Positions 1-14,515 of a stretch of DNA of 64,000 nt are shown in pieces (positions within the stretch are counted from its first letter, which is position 1; each line of letters starts with the position of its first letter). This DNA is from Octopus bimaculoides. Taxonomy: Eukaryota. Under the pieces are notes generated by a model, which was not told the origin of the DNA, made no database searches, and saw nothing but the letters and a program-made list of their open reading frames with translations. The DNA lies in the NCBI RefSeq assembly GCF_001194135.2, contig NC_068985.1, forward strand, positions 112,400,454-112,464,453, read 5' to 3'. Made by a program: the position numbers and the translations under genes.

Positions 1-103
1 GTGTCGATAAGCCAGCTGGAGGAGATGTCCTCCTGGGGCTAAAAGCAACAGTAACATCCACCCCTAGGGGTCAGCCACACTTAAGTGGCAATATACTACA
101 CTT

Positions 104-136
<33 letters not shown>

Positions 137-1410
137 TCTTGTTTCTGTCATGGGGCCATGCTGGGGCCTGACTAGCTCCCGTGCTGGTGGCACACAAAAA
201 ACACCCAAAGTGGTTGGTGTTAGGAAGGACATTCAGCTGTAGAAACTTTGCCAGATCAGACTGGAGCCTGGTGCAGCCTTCTGGCTTGCCAATCCTCAGT
301 CAAACCGTCCAACCCATGCCAGCGTGGAAAGCGGATGTTAAATGTTGATGATGATAATGATGATATATATACATGTGTATTATATATATTATATATGTGT
401 GTGTATATATTATATATATGTATAATCATACACGCACATCTATATAAGGCGTGACCCCTGGCCTTGCCAGTTCTTGTCAAACCGACCAACCCATGCCAGT
501 GTAGATAATGGTTGTTAAATACCACTGCTGCTGCTAACATACACCACGCACCCACACATTTGTATATATCTATATACACCTCACACATATATATCCACAC
601 ACGTGAATTCTGAGAAAACTGGTAACCGAAACAAAAGCATTTAAAAAAAAGTTTTGTTCTCCTGGGTGTGCCAATGAATTATCATAAGCATATATAATAC
701 ACACACACACACACACACATACATCCACCCTGATCAGATAATATATGCAATCCTACATCCATTATACATATATATATACAAACGCACAAAACACAGGTGT
801 GTGACTATAAATGAATAAAGGCGATTATAAATGGATCTCCAATGAAGTGCTCTAGTAACTTTAAGCCACCATAGCTTTATACACACTCCTCAAATACCTA
901 TGTTTGTGCTGTTGTTGTTGTTGTTGTTCTCATTTAGACCCAGGTCAATGTTGGCTGAGAAGTTCTATAATGAAAGGCATTCCAGCCATGACCATCATGT
1001 CTATTTTGTTTTTTTGTTCCACCCCAACCCCTGCACCGATGTTCAAGGGAGCAAGGATCACAATATCCAGCATGTTCTTATTGTGAGGTGGTAAGGTAAG
1101 ACTTGAGGGTAGATTTGACTGTTATTTCTAGCGAGGCAAGCGACTACATAGAGGTTTCCTCACTTTAGCTTGCGTGGGTGTGGGTGTGTGTGTGCGTGTG
1201 AATGTAAAGAGGCAATTATCAGCGGTTGTTATTGTTATTAATGTTTCTTTTATGATGTGCAGGTGTTAAGAAATCAGTACCCCCCTCACCTCTTCCATTC
1301 TCTCCCCCCCCTCTCTCTCTCTCACTCCCTGTCTCTCTAATATATTCCATAGTAAGATTTATTCATTTGGGAATAAAATTTTCTAAGAAACAACTGGAAA
1401 TAATAATATA

Positions 1411-1445
<35 letters not shown>

Positions 1446-1887
1446 TAATAATAATAATAATAAAAATGATGGCTTCAAATTTTGCCTCAAGGGCAGCAAT
1501 TTGGTGGGGAGCGGGGATAAGTCGATTACATTGACCCCAGTGTTTCACTGGTACTTAATTTCTTGACCCAAAAGGATGAAAGGCAAAGTCGACCTCGGCG
1601 GAATTTGAACTCCGTAGCGACAGACAAGGTACCACTAAGTATTTTGCCTGGTGTGCTAACGATTCTGCTGGTGTGTTAACGATTCTGTCAGCTCGCCACT
1701 CTAATAATAACAATGATGATGATAATGATAATGATGATGATGATAATGATGATGGTGATGCAATACAAGACAGTGGCTGATGTAATACAAGGTAATGGTT
1801 CTCATGGCTTCTGATAATCACTGGTTGTTATTGATAACATGTACATGTTTTGCCTTGTTGTAAAAGATGGACTACAGCAAATACCAG

Positions 1888-2301
1888 AGATTTGCTTGTC
1901 AGTTGTTTGACCATAACCAGTGGAGATTGAGCGTGTCCCTTAGTGGATGAAGATACATGTATGTCTGATCACAAGCAGGAGTAGTGGGGGAGAGATTCAT
2001 TGGGGTTTGAATAATTCACCCTTGGAAACATGGGTGTTTCATTCATCATCCTTAGACAACTCTTATTCAGGAACCTTTTGAACAGGATAGGCTACTTGAT
2101 CTAAAGAAAGTTCCAACTGGGCCCCACCTGCAAGGTTATGCGCCGTTTATCTTGATATGAGGTTACCATGTCAAGGACATATGGTTGTGATGCATGTGCC
2201 TGGTGTACCCTAGACAGATAGATTGTCATGATGGGTATATTGGGCTTTGTATATTTGTACCTCAGTGCCACTTTGGTGGCATGTGCTGCTCTCTCACTCA
2301 A
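1888..2301 (+). mobile_element. Unclassified non-coding dispersed repeat (family G), inverted copy at 54023-54451
   Basis: About 420 bp align between the two loci; ends CTCTCTCACTCAATAATAAT. Confidence 0.8.
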
Positions 2302-3379
2302 TAATAATGTTTGCAAATTTTACCACAAGGGCTGCTTCTTGGATGAGGGGGATGAGTTAATTACAATGACCCCAGTGTACAACTGGTACTTATTTTATTG
2401 ACCTCAAAAGGATGTAAGTCAAAGTTGACTTCAGTGGGATTTGAATTCAGAACGTAAAAAGCAGTAAGATTTAGCATACAAAACAAATACAAGAGTCCCA
2501 GCCAATAGTTTCAACTAACTTTTGATCAAAAGACCTTCTGCAAAACAAATTCTTCAAACTTGCATATTTTTCAGCATCTTTTCCAGTCAAATCTTAAAGT
2601 CTTCCACATACTCTGAGTAAAGTTTCTTTACCTGTTGACTGAGAAACTTCACTTCACCTGCAGATGCTTTTTGATGTTCAGTGCAATGTCCATCCATCTC
2701 CTATGCAATCAGTACAGCATTCTTGTTCAGTACATTCAGCATTATTCATCATCATCATCATCATCAAACATCTGTTTTCCATGCTAGCATGGGTTGGACA
2801 GAGCTGCCCAAGCTCCATTTGTTCCAGTTTTGGCATGGTTTCTATGGTCAGATACCCTTCCTAATGCCAGCCACTTTACAGTGTGTGCTGCATGCTTCTT
2901 ATATGACACTGGCCCAAGTGTTTTTTAACATGTTGCTAGCACAAGATTCTTGCTACGAATTCCAACCACCATGGAAACCTTAACTTTCTACATGAACTGG
3001 CATCCTTCCATATGGAATTTTCAGTAGCCTACAAGTTTTTAGACTGGATGCATCTTTATCTTTTACCTCGTCTTTAACTTGGTTTACCATGCCCAGTAGT
3101 GTCCTACCCTTCTACATGCAACATATCCTTCCTATTGCTGCAACATGATGCAGTGTAACTGTCGTTTGGAGCCTCTAGCTGGTTAAGCCATGGAGGCAAT
3201 GTCTTTGTTTCCTATTGCACTCTCCCATTGATCTCTGGTGCAGGTAAAGAACAAATGAATATCAATTCCATTTTGGTTACCTTTTGAGCTATGACTGGTG
3301 GTGCTTGGGAAATAGTTGTAACAAACTGCAGTCATGGTCAGCACCTCTGGGCAAGTTGGCCAAGTTGTTCTCACTGTCT

Positions 3380-3540
3380 CTGCTGTTCCTTGTCTCTCTT
3401 TGCCCCTCTTCTGGGCATAAAACTCTAAAATGGTCTTCATTACCACATGTGTAGCATTTGGGTCTCCTGCTCTACATCATCTATCTGGCCAATCTCTTCT
3501 CCATTTCCACAACGAAATACAATTCGTGGTCTTTATTGCT
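3380..3540 (-). mobile_element. Decayed retrotransposon ORF1/gag remnant with a CCHC zinc knuckle
   Basis: RRPK-CYTCGNEDHFRVLC-P (CX2CX4HX4C at 3415-3456); in-frame stops just upstream. Confidence 0.55.
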
Positions 3541-5822
3541 TGTGGTGGAAGTTGTGGTAACTGTGACCAAGAAACCCATGCAAATTCTATTTAATTATAT
3601 ACTCTTCTAACTCACTTCTCTCCCATTGTTTAACAATAAGCTTTCGCTACCTGTTTAATTTTCACATTACCTACTTGAATACATTGGACCATATTTTCAA
3701 TGTGACATTCAGTTTATGTGTGAAGATAGCATGTGATTTGAGAGCAATTTGACTACTATTTTTGTCATATTAAGTAACTATGTGAAGGCTCCTGTGTAGT
3801 GGTTAGTTGTGCAAGTGAAGTGCAGCCACTTGTTTTTTGTAGATATATATATTATACCTTTTTAGAGAAACAGTCATACCAAGGTAGGGCCTCCAAGACA
3901 AGTGAGAGACAGACAAGAAGGTAACCTCAAATTGGAAGCCTTAACTGAAAGCCTGAAAAGACTAGACTTTGCTAAAGAAACCTAAGGAACAAGATGGTGA
4001 TGTTAAACCAGCAAGGGATTAAATTTATCACTCAAATAGGTCATGCTGAGATTTGAACTCAGAACACAAAGATCTAGAACAAACACTGCAAGAAACCTAG
4101 TTTGAAATTCTTACAGTTCCATCGCTTCACCACTTTGGACTGGTACTTTGTTATTGACCCAAAAAAAAAAGATAAAAAGCTAAGTTGACTGCCATCTGGC
4201 AGCTAAAAACATAGACAGTAACCCAGTTCAGAGTTTGAACCAACTACAGCTTCTTTGTTGTTTTTTGTTGTTGTTTAGCCCCAGGTCAACCCTGGTTATA
4301 CCAAACTATGATTAAAGTCTTAACAGTCGTAGCTCTTCTGATTTTGATTTTTTAAACAATTTAAACCATGTTTATCTGGAAGGAAATGTCTTCATCATTT
4401 TTTAAAAAAATGTATTTTGAGAGTGTGATTTGAGGAAGATTTGACTGCTATTTCTAGTAGGCAAAAGGTCCCTCCTTGTTATCCAATGTCTTCACCATGA
4501 TAATTCAATGTAATTTGAGGGGGCGATTTCACCCTTTAGCATTCAGATTATTCTGTTAAATGTAACACACATTCATTCACATTGATTTAATTAATTACAC
4601 ATCTCGTGGCTTTGAGATTTCAATGATGTGAATGTTCATGTTTTCAATAACATTGTAAGGTATGTGTGAGAGGCAATATCTGACCAGTTTGAATAAGAAA
4701 CAAAAAATTTTGAGCCAGATCATCATCATCGTCACTTACTAACCATTGTCCATGCTGGCATGGGTTGGACAGTTTGACCAGAGATGGCAAGCTGGGGAGC
4801 TGCACCAAACTCCAGTCTGGTTCAGGATTGTTTCAATGGCTGGATACCCTTCCAAATGCCAACCACTTTACAGAATGTGCTGGACGCTCTTCATGTGTTG
4901 CCACACAGGCGCTTTTACATGGCACCACACAGGATGTAGCACCCCGGTTTAAATGCTAAAGGGTTAAGGAAGATTTGACTGCTCTTTCTAGCAGGTGTAG
5001 GATCTTTCCTTGTTTCATAAGAGTCATTTTGAAACCAACCAATAAATTAGCCTAAAAAGCCTTCTCTTACTTCCTATACTTTTATGGTTCAGAGACAAGC
5101 CAGTGCCACACATTTTGATTTTCTACAGCTGGATGCCCTTCCAGTCACCAAACTTTCCCAGTACGATAATATTTCTCATGACTGTACATATTTTCACCGA
5201 AGATCGTAAATGAAGGATACTGCTTCTATGACAGGGATGCTCATTTACCAGTTATGTACAAGACATATACCACCCATGCATACACACACACACATGCATA
5301 CATGATATACACATATTAAAGTGTGACTCACACTTCCTCCCCCCCCCCACTTGCAAACCCTCCTCTGCATTAAATGTCCCTGGCTCTTCTATACTACCCT
5401 AGGCCTGAACAGCCACTGGAACCCTTCACACCCATCAGGATGAAAAGGCTAATTCACTTGCTACAGATTAAACGACTCAGGTATGAATTAATTCTGCCAC
5501 CGTTGCTAATATATACACACACACACACACACACGACAGGTTTCTTTCAATTTCCATTTTCCACATCCACTCACAAGGCTTTGTGGTTGGCCCAGAGTTA
5601 TAGAAGAAGACATTTGCCCAAAGTGCCACACAGTAGGACTGAACCTGAAACCAAGTAGCTGCGAAGCAAACTTCTTAACCTCATAACCATGAACTGTATC
5701 TAAAAACATTGAGATTTTTTATTGAAATGTGTTACTTAAAACTTAATATTCTCAAAAAATATTCGAAAATCTAAGAAGACAATTTGATGAAGAAAACAAA
5801 CCTGGTGATAAGTGGACATAAC

Positions 5823-5845
5823 TTAGGGTTAGGGTTAGGGTTAGG
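5823..5845 (+). repeat. Short interstitial (TTAGGG)n
   Basis: ttagggttagggttagggttagg. Confidence 0.8.
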
Positions 5846-6969
5846 CCAAACTGAATAGGTGATGCTATGCTACGCTAGGCATCCAGCTGCAGAAAAAAAG
5901 GTGGTGATGGTGGTGGTGGTGGAGTGCAGGTATGGCTATGTGGTTAAGAAACTTGCTTTGCAACCACGTGGTTTCAGGTTCAGTCCCACAGAGCAACATC
6001 TTGGGCAGGTGTCTTCTACTATAGCCCTGGGCCAACCGGTGCCTTGTAAGTGAATTTGGTAGACAGAAACTGTGTGGAAATCCATCATACATGTGTGTGT
6101 GTGAGTATGTATGTGTGCTTGTGTCAGTGTTTGTCACTGCCTCCAGTGCTTGACAACCGGTGTTGGTGTGTTTACATCCCTGTAACTTAGCAGTTCAGCA
6201 AAAGTGACTGACAGAATAAGTGTCCGGTTTTACAAATAAGTACTGAGGTCTATTTCTTTGACTAAAAAACCCTTCAAAGCAAGCACTTCAGCATGACCAC
6301 AGTCCAATAACTGAAACAAGTAAAGACAAAAATCCCCTAACAATTCAAAGCAATGTAAGAATTTGCAGAAATATAACACCCACACCAACAAGAAAAAAAA
6401 AATGAATATTGGAAACTGTATTTTTTTCTTCTTTCTTCTTTTTTTTTTTAAAGAAATATATTCCATGTATAACATAGCATATATGTATATATATATATAG
6501 TTAGTTATCATTAGAGAATTAACAGATTCTACATTAACCAAAAGACTGTAGCCAGTAGTTCTGACTGATCTTTGAACAACCTATTTTCTTACCGGGGCTT
6601 GCTTCTGATTCCGTGAATGAAGATAATGGTGAAGAGGAGAGAAGAGAAAAGTTGCAAACAGCTCTCTGATGAAGAGAGCTACTTTGATAAAGGGGAACAA
6701 CCCCTTCAACAGCTTTTTTTCAAAGTGTAATAATAGGCTCTTATTCTCACATAGGCACAAGGTCACTGTTGTTGTTTAGCATCAACCAAGACTTGATTGA
6801 GAAGATGAATTCAAGATCAAAGACATTCCATTTATGACTATATTGATTATATCATTTTATTTTTTCCCACATCTAATTGTGTCTAGGACTATATTATCCA
6901 GTGTTAGTGGCAGTCACTGCTTAAAGGGGAGGCCTGATGAATTGAAATTTGTCGTCTATTAACAAATCC

Positions 6970-7000
<31 letters not shown>

Positions 7001-8135
7001 CAATTGATCTACCTATCACAGTCTCTCTCTCAATTGATCTACCTATCACAGTCTCTCTATCAATCTATCTGTCTAATTGTCTTCTTCTCTACCTATCTAC
7101 CTATCACTCCATCCTCCCACCCATCCATCCCTATCTTTCTCAATCTACCTATATCTATCTTGCTCAGTCACTCTCTAATCTGTTTCAGCTCATTACCATC
7201 TTGAGTTTAACTCAAGCTTATGAGTTTAAACTTTATATGAGCATGTATACACATGCGCGCACACACACAAACACACAAACACACAGAGAAGGTGTAACTA
7301 ATTGTAAGAGTTATATAAGAGAAATCTGGTAACATTAAACTATGAACATTAATATTAAAAGCTATTTTGAAAAGATAAAGGGAGACGTTTAACCTAACAA
7401 CAACAACATGAACAACACAACTGAAGGACAATACAACAGAGCGAGGGAGGCGGGAGAGAAAGAATAAAAGAAGAAATTTAGGACGAGCACTCCTCTAACA
7501 AAAGCATTTATTAAAATCATGCGTTTGCATTTGAGTTTGAGAAAATAAAAAGAAGATAAATGGAGCTCTTTTTTCTTTCTTTTTTGTTATAAAACGTGAA
7601 CAGATATGGTAATAGGAACAGAGAGTTGTTGACAGTCTAGGGATTAGCCATATTTTAATAAGTTAACCGGGTTAACCAACCAATGTTAATGACAAGTTTA
7701 TGTAGTTGTTAACACGTTGAAACATTTTGATTGAAAGTTCACAAGGTGGAGAGGAGAGGTAGCATGGCCGTGAAGTTTAGAAGTTTTGTTTTGCAGCCAC
7801 ATGGTCCTAAGCTTTGAAGCTACTGGGAAGAACATTTCAGGAAGTGTGCCTGTCTCTTTACTGTTGTCTTAGATTCACCAATACCTTGTGAGCAGAATTT
7901 GGTAGACGGAAACCATGCAGAGGTGTTTCCTATAAAACACCATCATATATGTGTGCATGCAATTGCTAAATGTCCTTTAAATTTGAAATCTTAATTGTTG
8001 ATATGACATGGTATGTCATAAGTGTGTGCATATTATGTTTTTTGTCATTTTGGTTATAAAATAAACAGATTAATCAACAGAATACAGTGTCTGCAAGTTG
8101 ATGAATACCTCATATTCCCCTCCATTTTCTTATTG

Positions 8136-8171
<36 letters not shown>

Positions 8172-10198
8172 CTGTAGAGTAACATAAGGATTCATAGGAT
8201 TGTACAACTATGACAGAAAGCTCTTTCAGTGGACTTGGCTAACAGACCAGATCACATAGTAATCCAATATGGAGTTCCATGCAGTTCAATCACTGATGTA
8301 ATCATGATATTCTGGTGATCTTATAAGCTAGCTAGCTTCATCTGCATTGATTTGTGAATATACAATTCTATAATTATAATGCATAGCATGCATATTAGTA
8401 TAGACGTGCAAACATAATTTCTTATGCTTTGAAATTATTATTACATGATGAAGGCTGTGAAACAGCTGTAATCCGAACAAGGACAAGAGGCTAAATAAAT
8501 ATATTCACCTGTTTTTGTCCTCATTCTTGATCATTCACTCACTATCTCTCTCTCTCTCTGGCTGGGTGACCATATATCTCCTCCACAGCAAGATACTTGT
8601 TTCTGTCTCTCTGTCACACTCTGACCTTCCATCATCTGATACAAGATCACCTCTTCCAATGCCCCCTTCCCTCTCAAAGGATCTTTGTCTTGCAAGGGAC
8701 TTGGTGGCCATGCATGCCAGTGCTGGTGCCACGTAAAAGGCATCCAGTCCACACTATGAAGTGGTTGGCATCTGGAAGGACATCCAGCAGTAAAAACCAT
8801 ACCAAAACAGACCTCGCCTGCCTGTACGCATGCCACATAAAAAAGCACTCAGTCCACTCTGCAGGATGGTTGGTGTTAGGAAGGGCATCCAGCCGTAAAA
8901 GCCATGCCAAAACAGACACAAGTCTGGTGTAGTCTTCTGCATGGCCAGCTGTCAAACTGTCCAACCCATGCCAGCATGGAAGGTGGATGTCACATGATGA
9001 TGATGATGATGACGACCTCCCAGACCTCCTGACTTTTTAAGGTATACATTCATATATATATATATATATANNNNNNNNNNNNNNNNNNNNNNNNNNNNNN
9101 NNNNNNNNNNNNNNNNNNNNNNNNNNNNNNNNNNNNNNNNNNNNNNNNNNNNNNNNNNNNNNNNNNNNNNNNNNNNNNNNNNNNNNNNNNNNNNNNNNNN
9201 NNNNNNNNNNNNNNNNNNNNNNNNNNNNNNNNNNNNNNNNNNNNNNNNNNNNNNNNNNNNNNNNNNNNNNNNNNNNNNNNNNNNNNNNNNNNNNNNNNNN
9301 NNNNNNNNNNNNNNNNNNNNNNNNNNNNNNNNNNNNNNNNNNNNNNNNNNNNNNNNNNNNNNNNNNNNNNNNNNNNNNNNNNNNNNNNNNNNNNNNNNNN
9401 NNNNNNNNNNNNNNNNNNNNNNNNNNNNNNNNNNNNNNNNNNNNNNNNNNNNNNNNNNNNTATATATATATATATATATATATATTCAGCCATGTATCCT
9501 CTTGACAGCAAGACACCCATGCTTGTCCCTCCATCATATGTTAACCTTTCAACACCTGACACAAAGCCACCCACCTTCACCTTTGTTCTCCCCTCAGAGC
9601 TTTTTCTTATTTTCCCTGTTTTTTTTCAAGCTTGCAAATTTACATGGGAACTTCACAAACATCAGTGGCATCAAGAAACAGCCTAGTACACTCTGTAAAG
9701 TGTAGTAGTTGACAAGATTCAGTGAGCTGCAAGGCTGCATAAAGCTCCAATCTCATCATTTTCATGCGGCACTATTACCAGTACTTTTTACACGACACCA
9801 GTACGATAGGCTTCTTTCAGTTTCTGTCCACGCACAGGTCTTTGGTCAGCCTATAGCTATAAAGGGATCACTTGCACAAAGTGCCCTGCAGTGGGACTGA
9901 ACCCAGAACCCTGTACTCAGGAAGTAAACTTCTTACTACACAACCATGCCACACCTATAATACATACACACATATATATCTTTTATCTTCTACTTGCTCC
10001 AGTCATTTGACTGCAGCCATACTAGGGGCACTTGAAGGGTTTTAATCAAACAAATCAACAAGACTTATATTTTTGAGTCTGGTACATACTCTATCAGTCT
10101 CTTTTGCTGAACTGCTAAGGTACAGGGCCATAAACACACCAACACCGGTTGTCAAGTGATAGTGGGGGAGACAAAGACATGCACACATAGCTATTTAT

Positions 10199-10584
10199 TG
10201 TTGTTGGCACTCCGTCGCTTACAACGTCGAGGGTTCCAGTTGATCCGATCAACGGAACAGCCTGCTCGTGAAATTAACGTGCAAGTGGCTGAGCACTCCA
10301 CAGACACGTGTACCCTTAACATAGTTCTCGGGGAGATTCAGCGTGACACAGTGTGACAAGGCTGACCCTTTGAACTACAGGCACAACAGAAACAGGAAGA
10401 TAGAGTGAGAGGAAGTTGTGGTGAAAGAGTACAGCAGGGTTCGCCACCATCTGCTGCCGGAGCCTCGTGGAGCTTTAGGTGTTTTCGCTCAATAAACACT
10501 CACAACGCCCGGTCTGGGAATCGAAACCGTGATCCTATGACCATGAGTCCACTGCCCCAACTACTGGGCCATTGCGCCTCCACT
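10199..10584 (-). mobile_element. tRNA-derived SINE family D, full length with TSD; other copies 22156-22462, 36788-37120, 49471-49752 (all minus)
   Basis: A box TGGCCCAGT(A/G)G, B box GGTTTCGATTCC, (CAA)n tail; perfect 11-bp TSD TAGCTATTTAT (10188-98 / 10585-95). Nested in the microsatellite of a family A SINE. Confidence 0.9.
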
Positions 10585-13029
10585 TAGCTATTTATATATA
10601 TATGTGCATATATATATATACACACACACGATGTGCTCCTTTCAGTTTCCATCTACCAAATCCATTCACAAGTCTTTTGTTGGTGCAAGGTTACAGGAGA
10701 AGACACTTGCCCAGAATGCCATGCAGTGGGACTGAACCTGGAATCATGTGGTCGGGAAGCAAACTTCTTACCACACAACCACGTCACACCTATAATATAT
10801 GTGTGTGAGTGTGTGTTCTTTTATAACAATGAAAGCATTGCCTTACTGGGTTTGAGCAGTTATTTTACAAAATGATAATTTCTGATAAAGTCCAGAATAA
10901 AAGAAACACACACCCCAACCACGACAATCACAGCTTTTCAACTAGAATCTATTTATAAGACTGTTAGCTAATTGTGTTAGGTAACAACAGAATTAAATAT
11001 GTCAGTATAACCCCTGTGTCATCATATTTGCAGGCACAAGCTTGACTGTTGTGTCAGTTCAGAAAGCCAGGTTGTGTAAACAACCTGAAAAGCAGGATGA
11101 AATTTTCCCAAAACAATATTACACACAAAAAAATAAATAAAATAAATAAATAAAAAATAAAGTAAAAAAAACAACAACTTTGCTTTAGACATTACTGCCA
11201 CTTGACTAAGATATATATCTTTTACTTTTAACATGTATCAGTCATTAAATTGCGGCCATGCTGGGGCACCGCCTTGAAGGGCTTACTTGAACAAATCATT
11301 CCTGGTACTTTTTTTTTGTTGTTGTTTTTTTCTAAAGCCTGGCGCTTAACTATCAGTCTGTTTTGCTGGATTGCTAGGTTACAGGGATGTAAAAACACCA
11401 ACACCCATTGTCAAGTAGTGATGTGAAGAACAAACACACACACACATAAATGACAAGCTTCTCTTAGTTTCCTATTTCTTTACTGCCCACAAGGGACTAC
11501 ACACAGAGGGGACAAACAAGGACAGACAAACAGATTAAGTCAATTATATCGACTCCAATGCATAACTGGTACTTATTTAATTGACCCAGAAAGGATGAAA
11601 GGCAAAGTCGACCTTGGCGGAGTTTGAACTCAGAACATAGCGGCAGACGAAATACCGCTAAGCATTTCATCCGGCGTGCTAACGTTTCTGCCAGATCGTC
11701 TCTCAGTTTCCATCCATCAAATCCACTCAGGTTGGTCTGAGGCTATCGTAGAAGACACTTGCCCAGGCTGCCACACAGTGGGACTGAACCTAGGACCATG
11801 TGGTTGGGAAGCAAGCTTGTTACCATGCAGCTATGTCTGTGCCTATCATCATCATCGTCGTTTAAAGTCCGCTTTCCATGCTAGCATGGTTTGGACGATT
11901 TGACTGAGGACTGGTGAAACCAGATGGCTACACCAGGCTCCAATCTGATTTGGCAGAGTTTCCACAGCTGGATGCCCTTCCTAACGCCAACCACTCAGAG
12001 AGTGTAGTGGGTGCTTTTACGTGCCACCGGCACGAAGGCCAGTCAGGCGGTACTGGCAACGACCATGTATGCATATATCATCGTCATCATTTAACATTTA
12101 TTTTCCATGCTGACATGGGTTAAATGGTTTGACAGGAGTTGGCTAGGCAGAAGTCTGCACCAGGCCTCACTGTTTTGGCAATGGTTGGATGCCCTTTCTA
12201 TCACCAATCACCCCACAGAGTAAACTGAGGACTTTTGGGGTTTTACATCTGGATGCCCTTCCAAATGCCAACTACTTCATAGTGTGGACTGGATGCTTTT
12301 TATGTGGCACCACCACTGGTAGGGGTCACCAAGTAACTAACAATAAATATGTGTGTGTGCATGTGTGTTTGTTCCCAGCCAGCACTTGATATATATTTCA
12401 TGGAATTGTCTGTGTGCTGTCGAAGGAGGGCGAATGAACACCCTGCCAAACTGCCCTTCGAATACTCGCTGGTAGGCACTAACAGCCAATGCCAGCTAAC
12501 TGTCACATGACACAATCTAAGTTTCAACTGACCAATGGAGGGAAAGGGCGCGTGGTTTTGACCTGAGCCCTCTCTAGACCTACCTTCCAACAGAGCCATG
12601 TTAGTTTTAGTCACAGTAGCCAGAGTTGACTAGCTGTCTAGTGGTTCAAGCCTTCAAACTATTGGAGAGAAGGGTATGCAATGAATGAGATGGTTCCCTT
12701 GGCCCACCTGTCAAGCAGCAATGCAGTTTTCAAGTGCCAGCCAGCCTCACATAGCAACATTATTTCCCAGTCGGCATGTTATGGCTTTCGAGCCATTTTG
12801 GGTCTTCTTGTTTCAGCCATATATAGAAGCTGGGGGGAAATAACTGTGTGAGATATAGATATGTGATATTAATTACACTGACCCCAGTGCTCAACTGGTA
12901 CTTATTTTATTAACCCCAAAAGGATGAAAGGTGAACTCAACCTCAGCAGAATTTTAACTCAGAACATAAAGAAGAGTGAAATGCTGCTGAACATTTTGCC
13001 TGGGATGCCAATGATTCTGTCAGCACACC

Positions 13030-13570
13030 ATCTTAGATAGATATATATTAACAGTTATGTAGACAGGGAAGATGTGTGCATGGGATACATATACAATATT
13101 AACAGATGTATATACAGAAAAGATGTATGGGATAGATATACAATATTAACATATGTGTATATGGAGAAGATGACTTTATTAGGACAATCATAACGTGGAC
13201 AGTTGGGTGATACCTATATTAAAATGTGGACAGTTGGGTGATACCTATATTAAAATAGACATGTAATATTGATAGATGTGTGTAGGAGAAGATTTCTAAA
13301 CTAGGACAGACATGGTACAAACAGATGCACACAGGAGAAATAACTGTATTAGCACAGATATATGATCTGAACAGATGGGTACAGGAGAGATGTTGTTATC
13401 AAGATAGATAAGTAATTCAAACAGGGATGTACATGAGAAACATCTGTATTAGAATAGTTGTGTGATATATACAGATATATTTGCACAAGTCAAGTGGTAT
13501 GAACAGATTATATAGAGGAGAGATGAATTTTGGTGTAGATGATATTAACAGCTGAGTACAAGGGAGATGA
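13030..13570 (+). repeat. Degenerate minisatellite (ATATTAACAGATGT...GGAGAAGATG) including a perfect 31-bp tandem duplication (13195-13256)
   Basis: Read directly. Confidence 0.6.
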
Positions 13571-13716
13571 CTGTTGGTATAAGCATGTGACATAGACAAT
13601 GGGTGCAAAGAAGATGGCTGCATCTGTCTGTTTAACATTAATTTCTCCATGCTCGCATGGAATGTGCCAGTATATATATATATAAATTTAAAAGCCTGAT
13701 TTTATGTTTTTTACAT

Positions 13717-13906
13717 CAGCGGTCCGCAACCTTTTTTCCACTTGCGGTACACTTGTATGTTTTTTCAAAATTCGACGGCACACCTGAACTAAAGATACAA
13801 CTAAAAGTATAGGGAAAAAAAGATTATATTTAGATTACACTGCAGAACACTTAGCATCGCCTCATGGCACACCAGTGTACCACAGCACACCGGTTGCAGA
13901 GCACTG
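13717..13906. mobile_element. Decayed hAT-type MITE
   Basis: Ends CAGCGGTCCGCAACC / GGTTGCAGAGCACTG; flanks TTTTACAT / CCCTACAT. Confidence 0.6.
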
Positions 13907-14135
13907 CCCTACATTATACTTCTATGTAATTGATTAGCAAATGAACTGATAGCGGGGTCCATAAGAGGAGCTAGATGTGAAAGCTGAATGTTTCTCAAGG
14001 CTGTGTGATGAAGAAGTTTACTTCCCAGCTATGTGCTTTCAGGTTCATGTCCTACTGTGCAAACCCTTGCACATGTCTTCTTTTATAGCCCCAGGGTCAA
14101 CCATAGCCTTGTGAGTGGATCTGGTGAAAGGAAAC

Positions 14136-14515
14136 TGTTGTATAGTGAAACTGTATATCCCGCCCAGTAAAAAGTGGTAGGAGCCAGCCATTATAAATAG
14201 ACCAGTAGCCGGTCATTAAGAGAGGGTTGAGAGAAGGAGAGTTGAGAATCAATAGTTCCAGTTGGTGCCTTGTGGAGCTCTCAGCGATAAGACAAAAGAA
14301 GTTAGTGTATCACTGGTATGAAGAGATAGAACAGTATCCGATTACTAGTAACTATTGTGGCTACTTGTGTAAACAGCAACTACAGTACAACGGCAGTCAT
14401 ACATCACACCGGTGGGAGGAAACCACTTTACAACAGAAGCTGAAGGAGGCACTATCTTTTGTGTGTCTGAGTGAGAGTGTTTGTATCTCCTTGTGTCTCT
14501 CAAGACTGTGCAACA
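14136..14515 (+). mobile_element. Probable solo LTR (380 bp)
   Basis: TGTTG...CAACA termini, near-TSD GAAAC/GTAAC, TATA-like TTATAAATAG near 14191; interrupts a SINE. Confidence 0.55.

Noticed and set aside
2480-2740. Codon-like stretch on the minus strand (EHQKASAGEVKFLSQQVKKLYSEYVEDFK)
   Set aside because: Interrupted by stops and not recognisable as any family; it could be a pseudogene or TE relic but is unsupported.
6593-6604. Possible 12-nt exon before GTAAG (minus) with a pyrimidine tract
   Set aside because: No Caskin similarity, and it sits next to repeat sequence.
6670-6720. CTGATGAAGAG and TGATAAAGGGG-AACAA-CCCC motifs resembling decayed hammerheads
   Set aside because: No GAAA after the stem and no stem I; too degenerate to support.
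12370-12470. GC-rich hairpin with GGCGAATG, reminiscent of HDV ribozyme J4/2
   Set aside because: Could not build the P1/P3/L3 pseudoknot.
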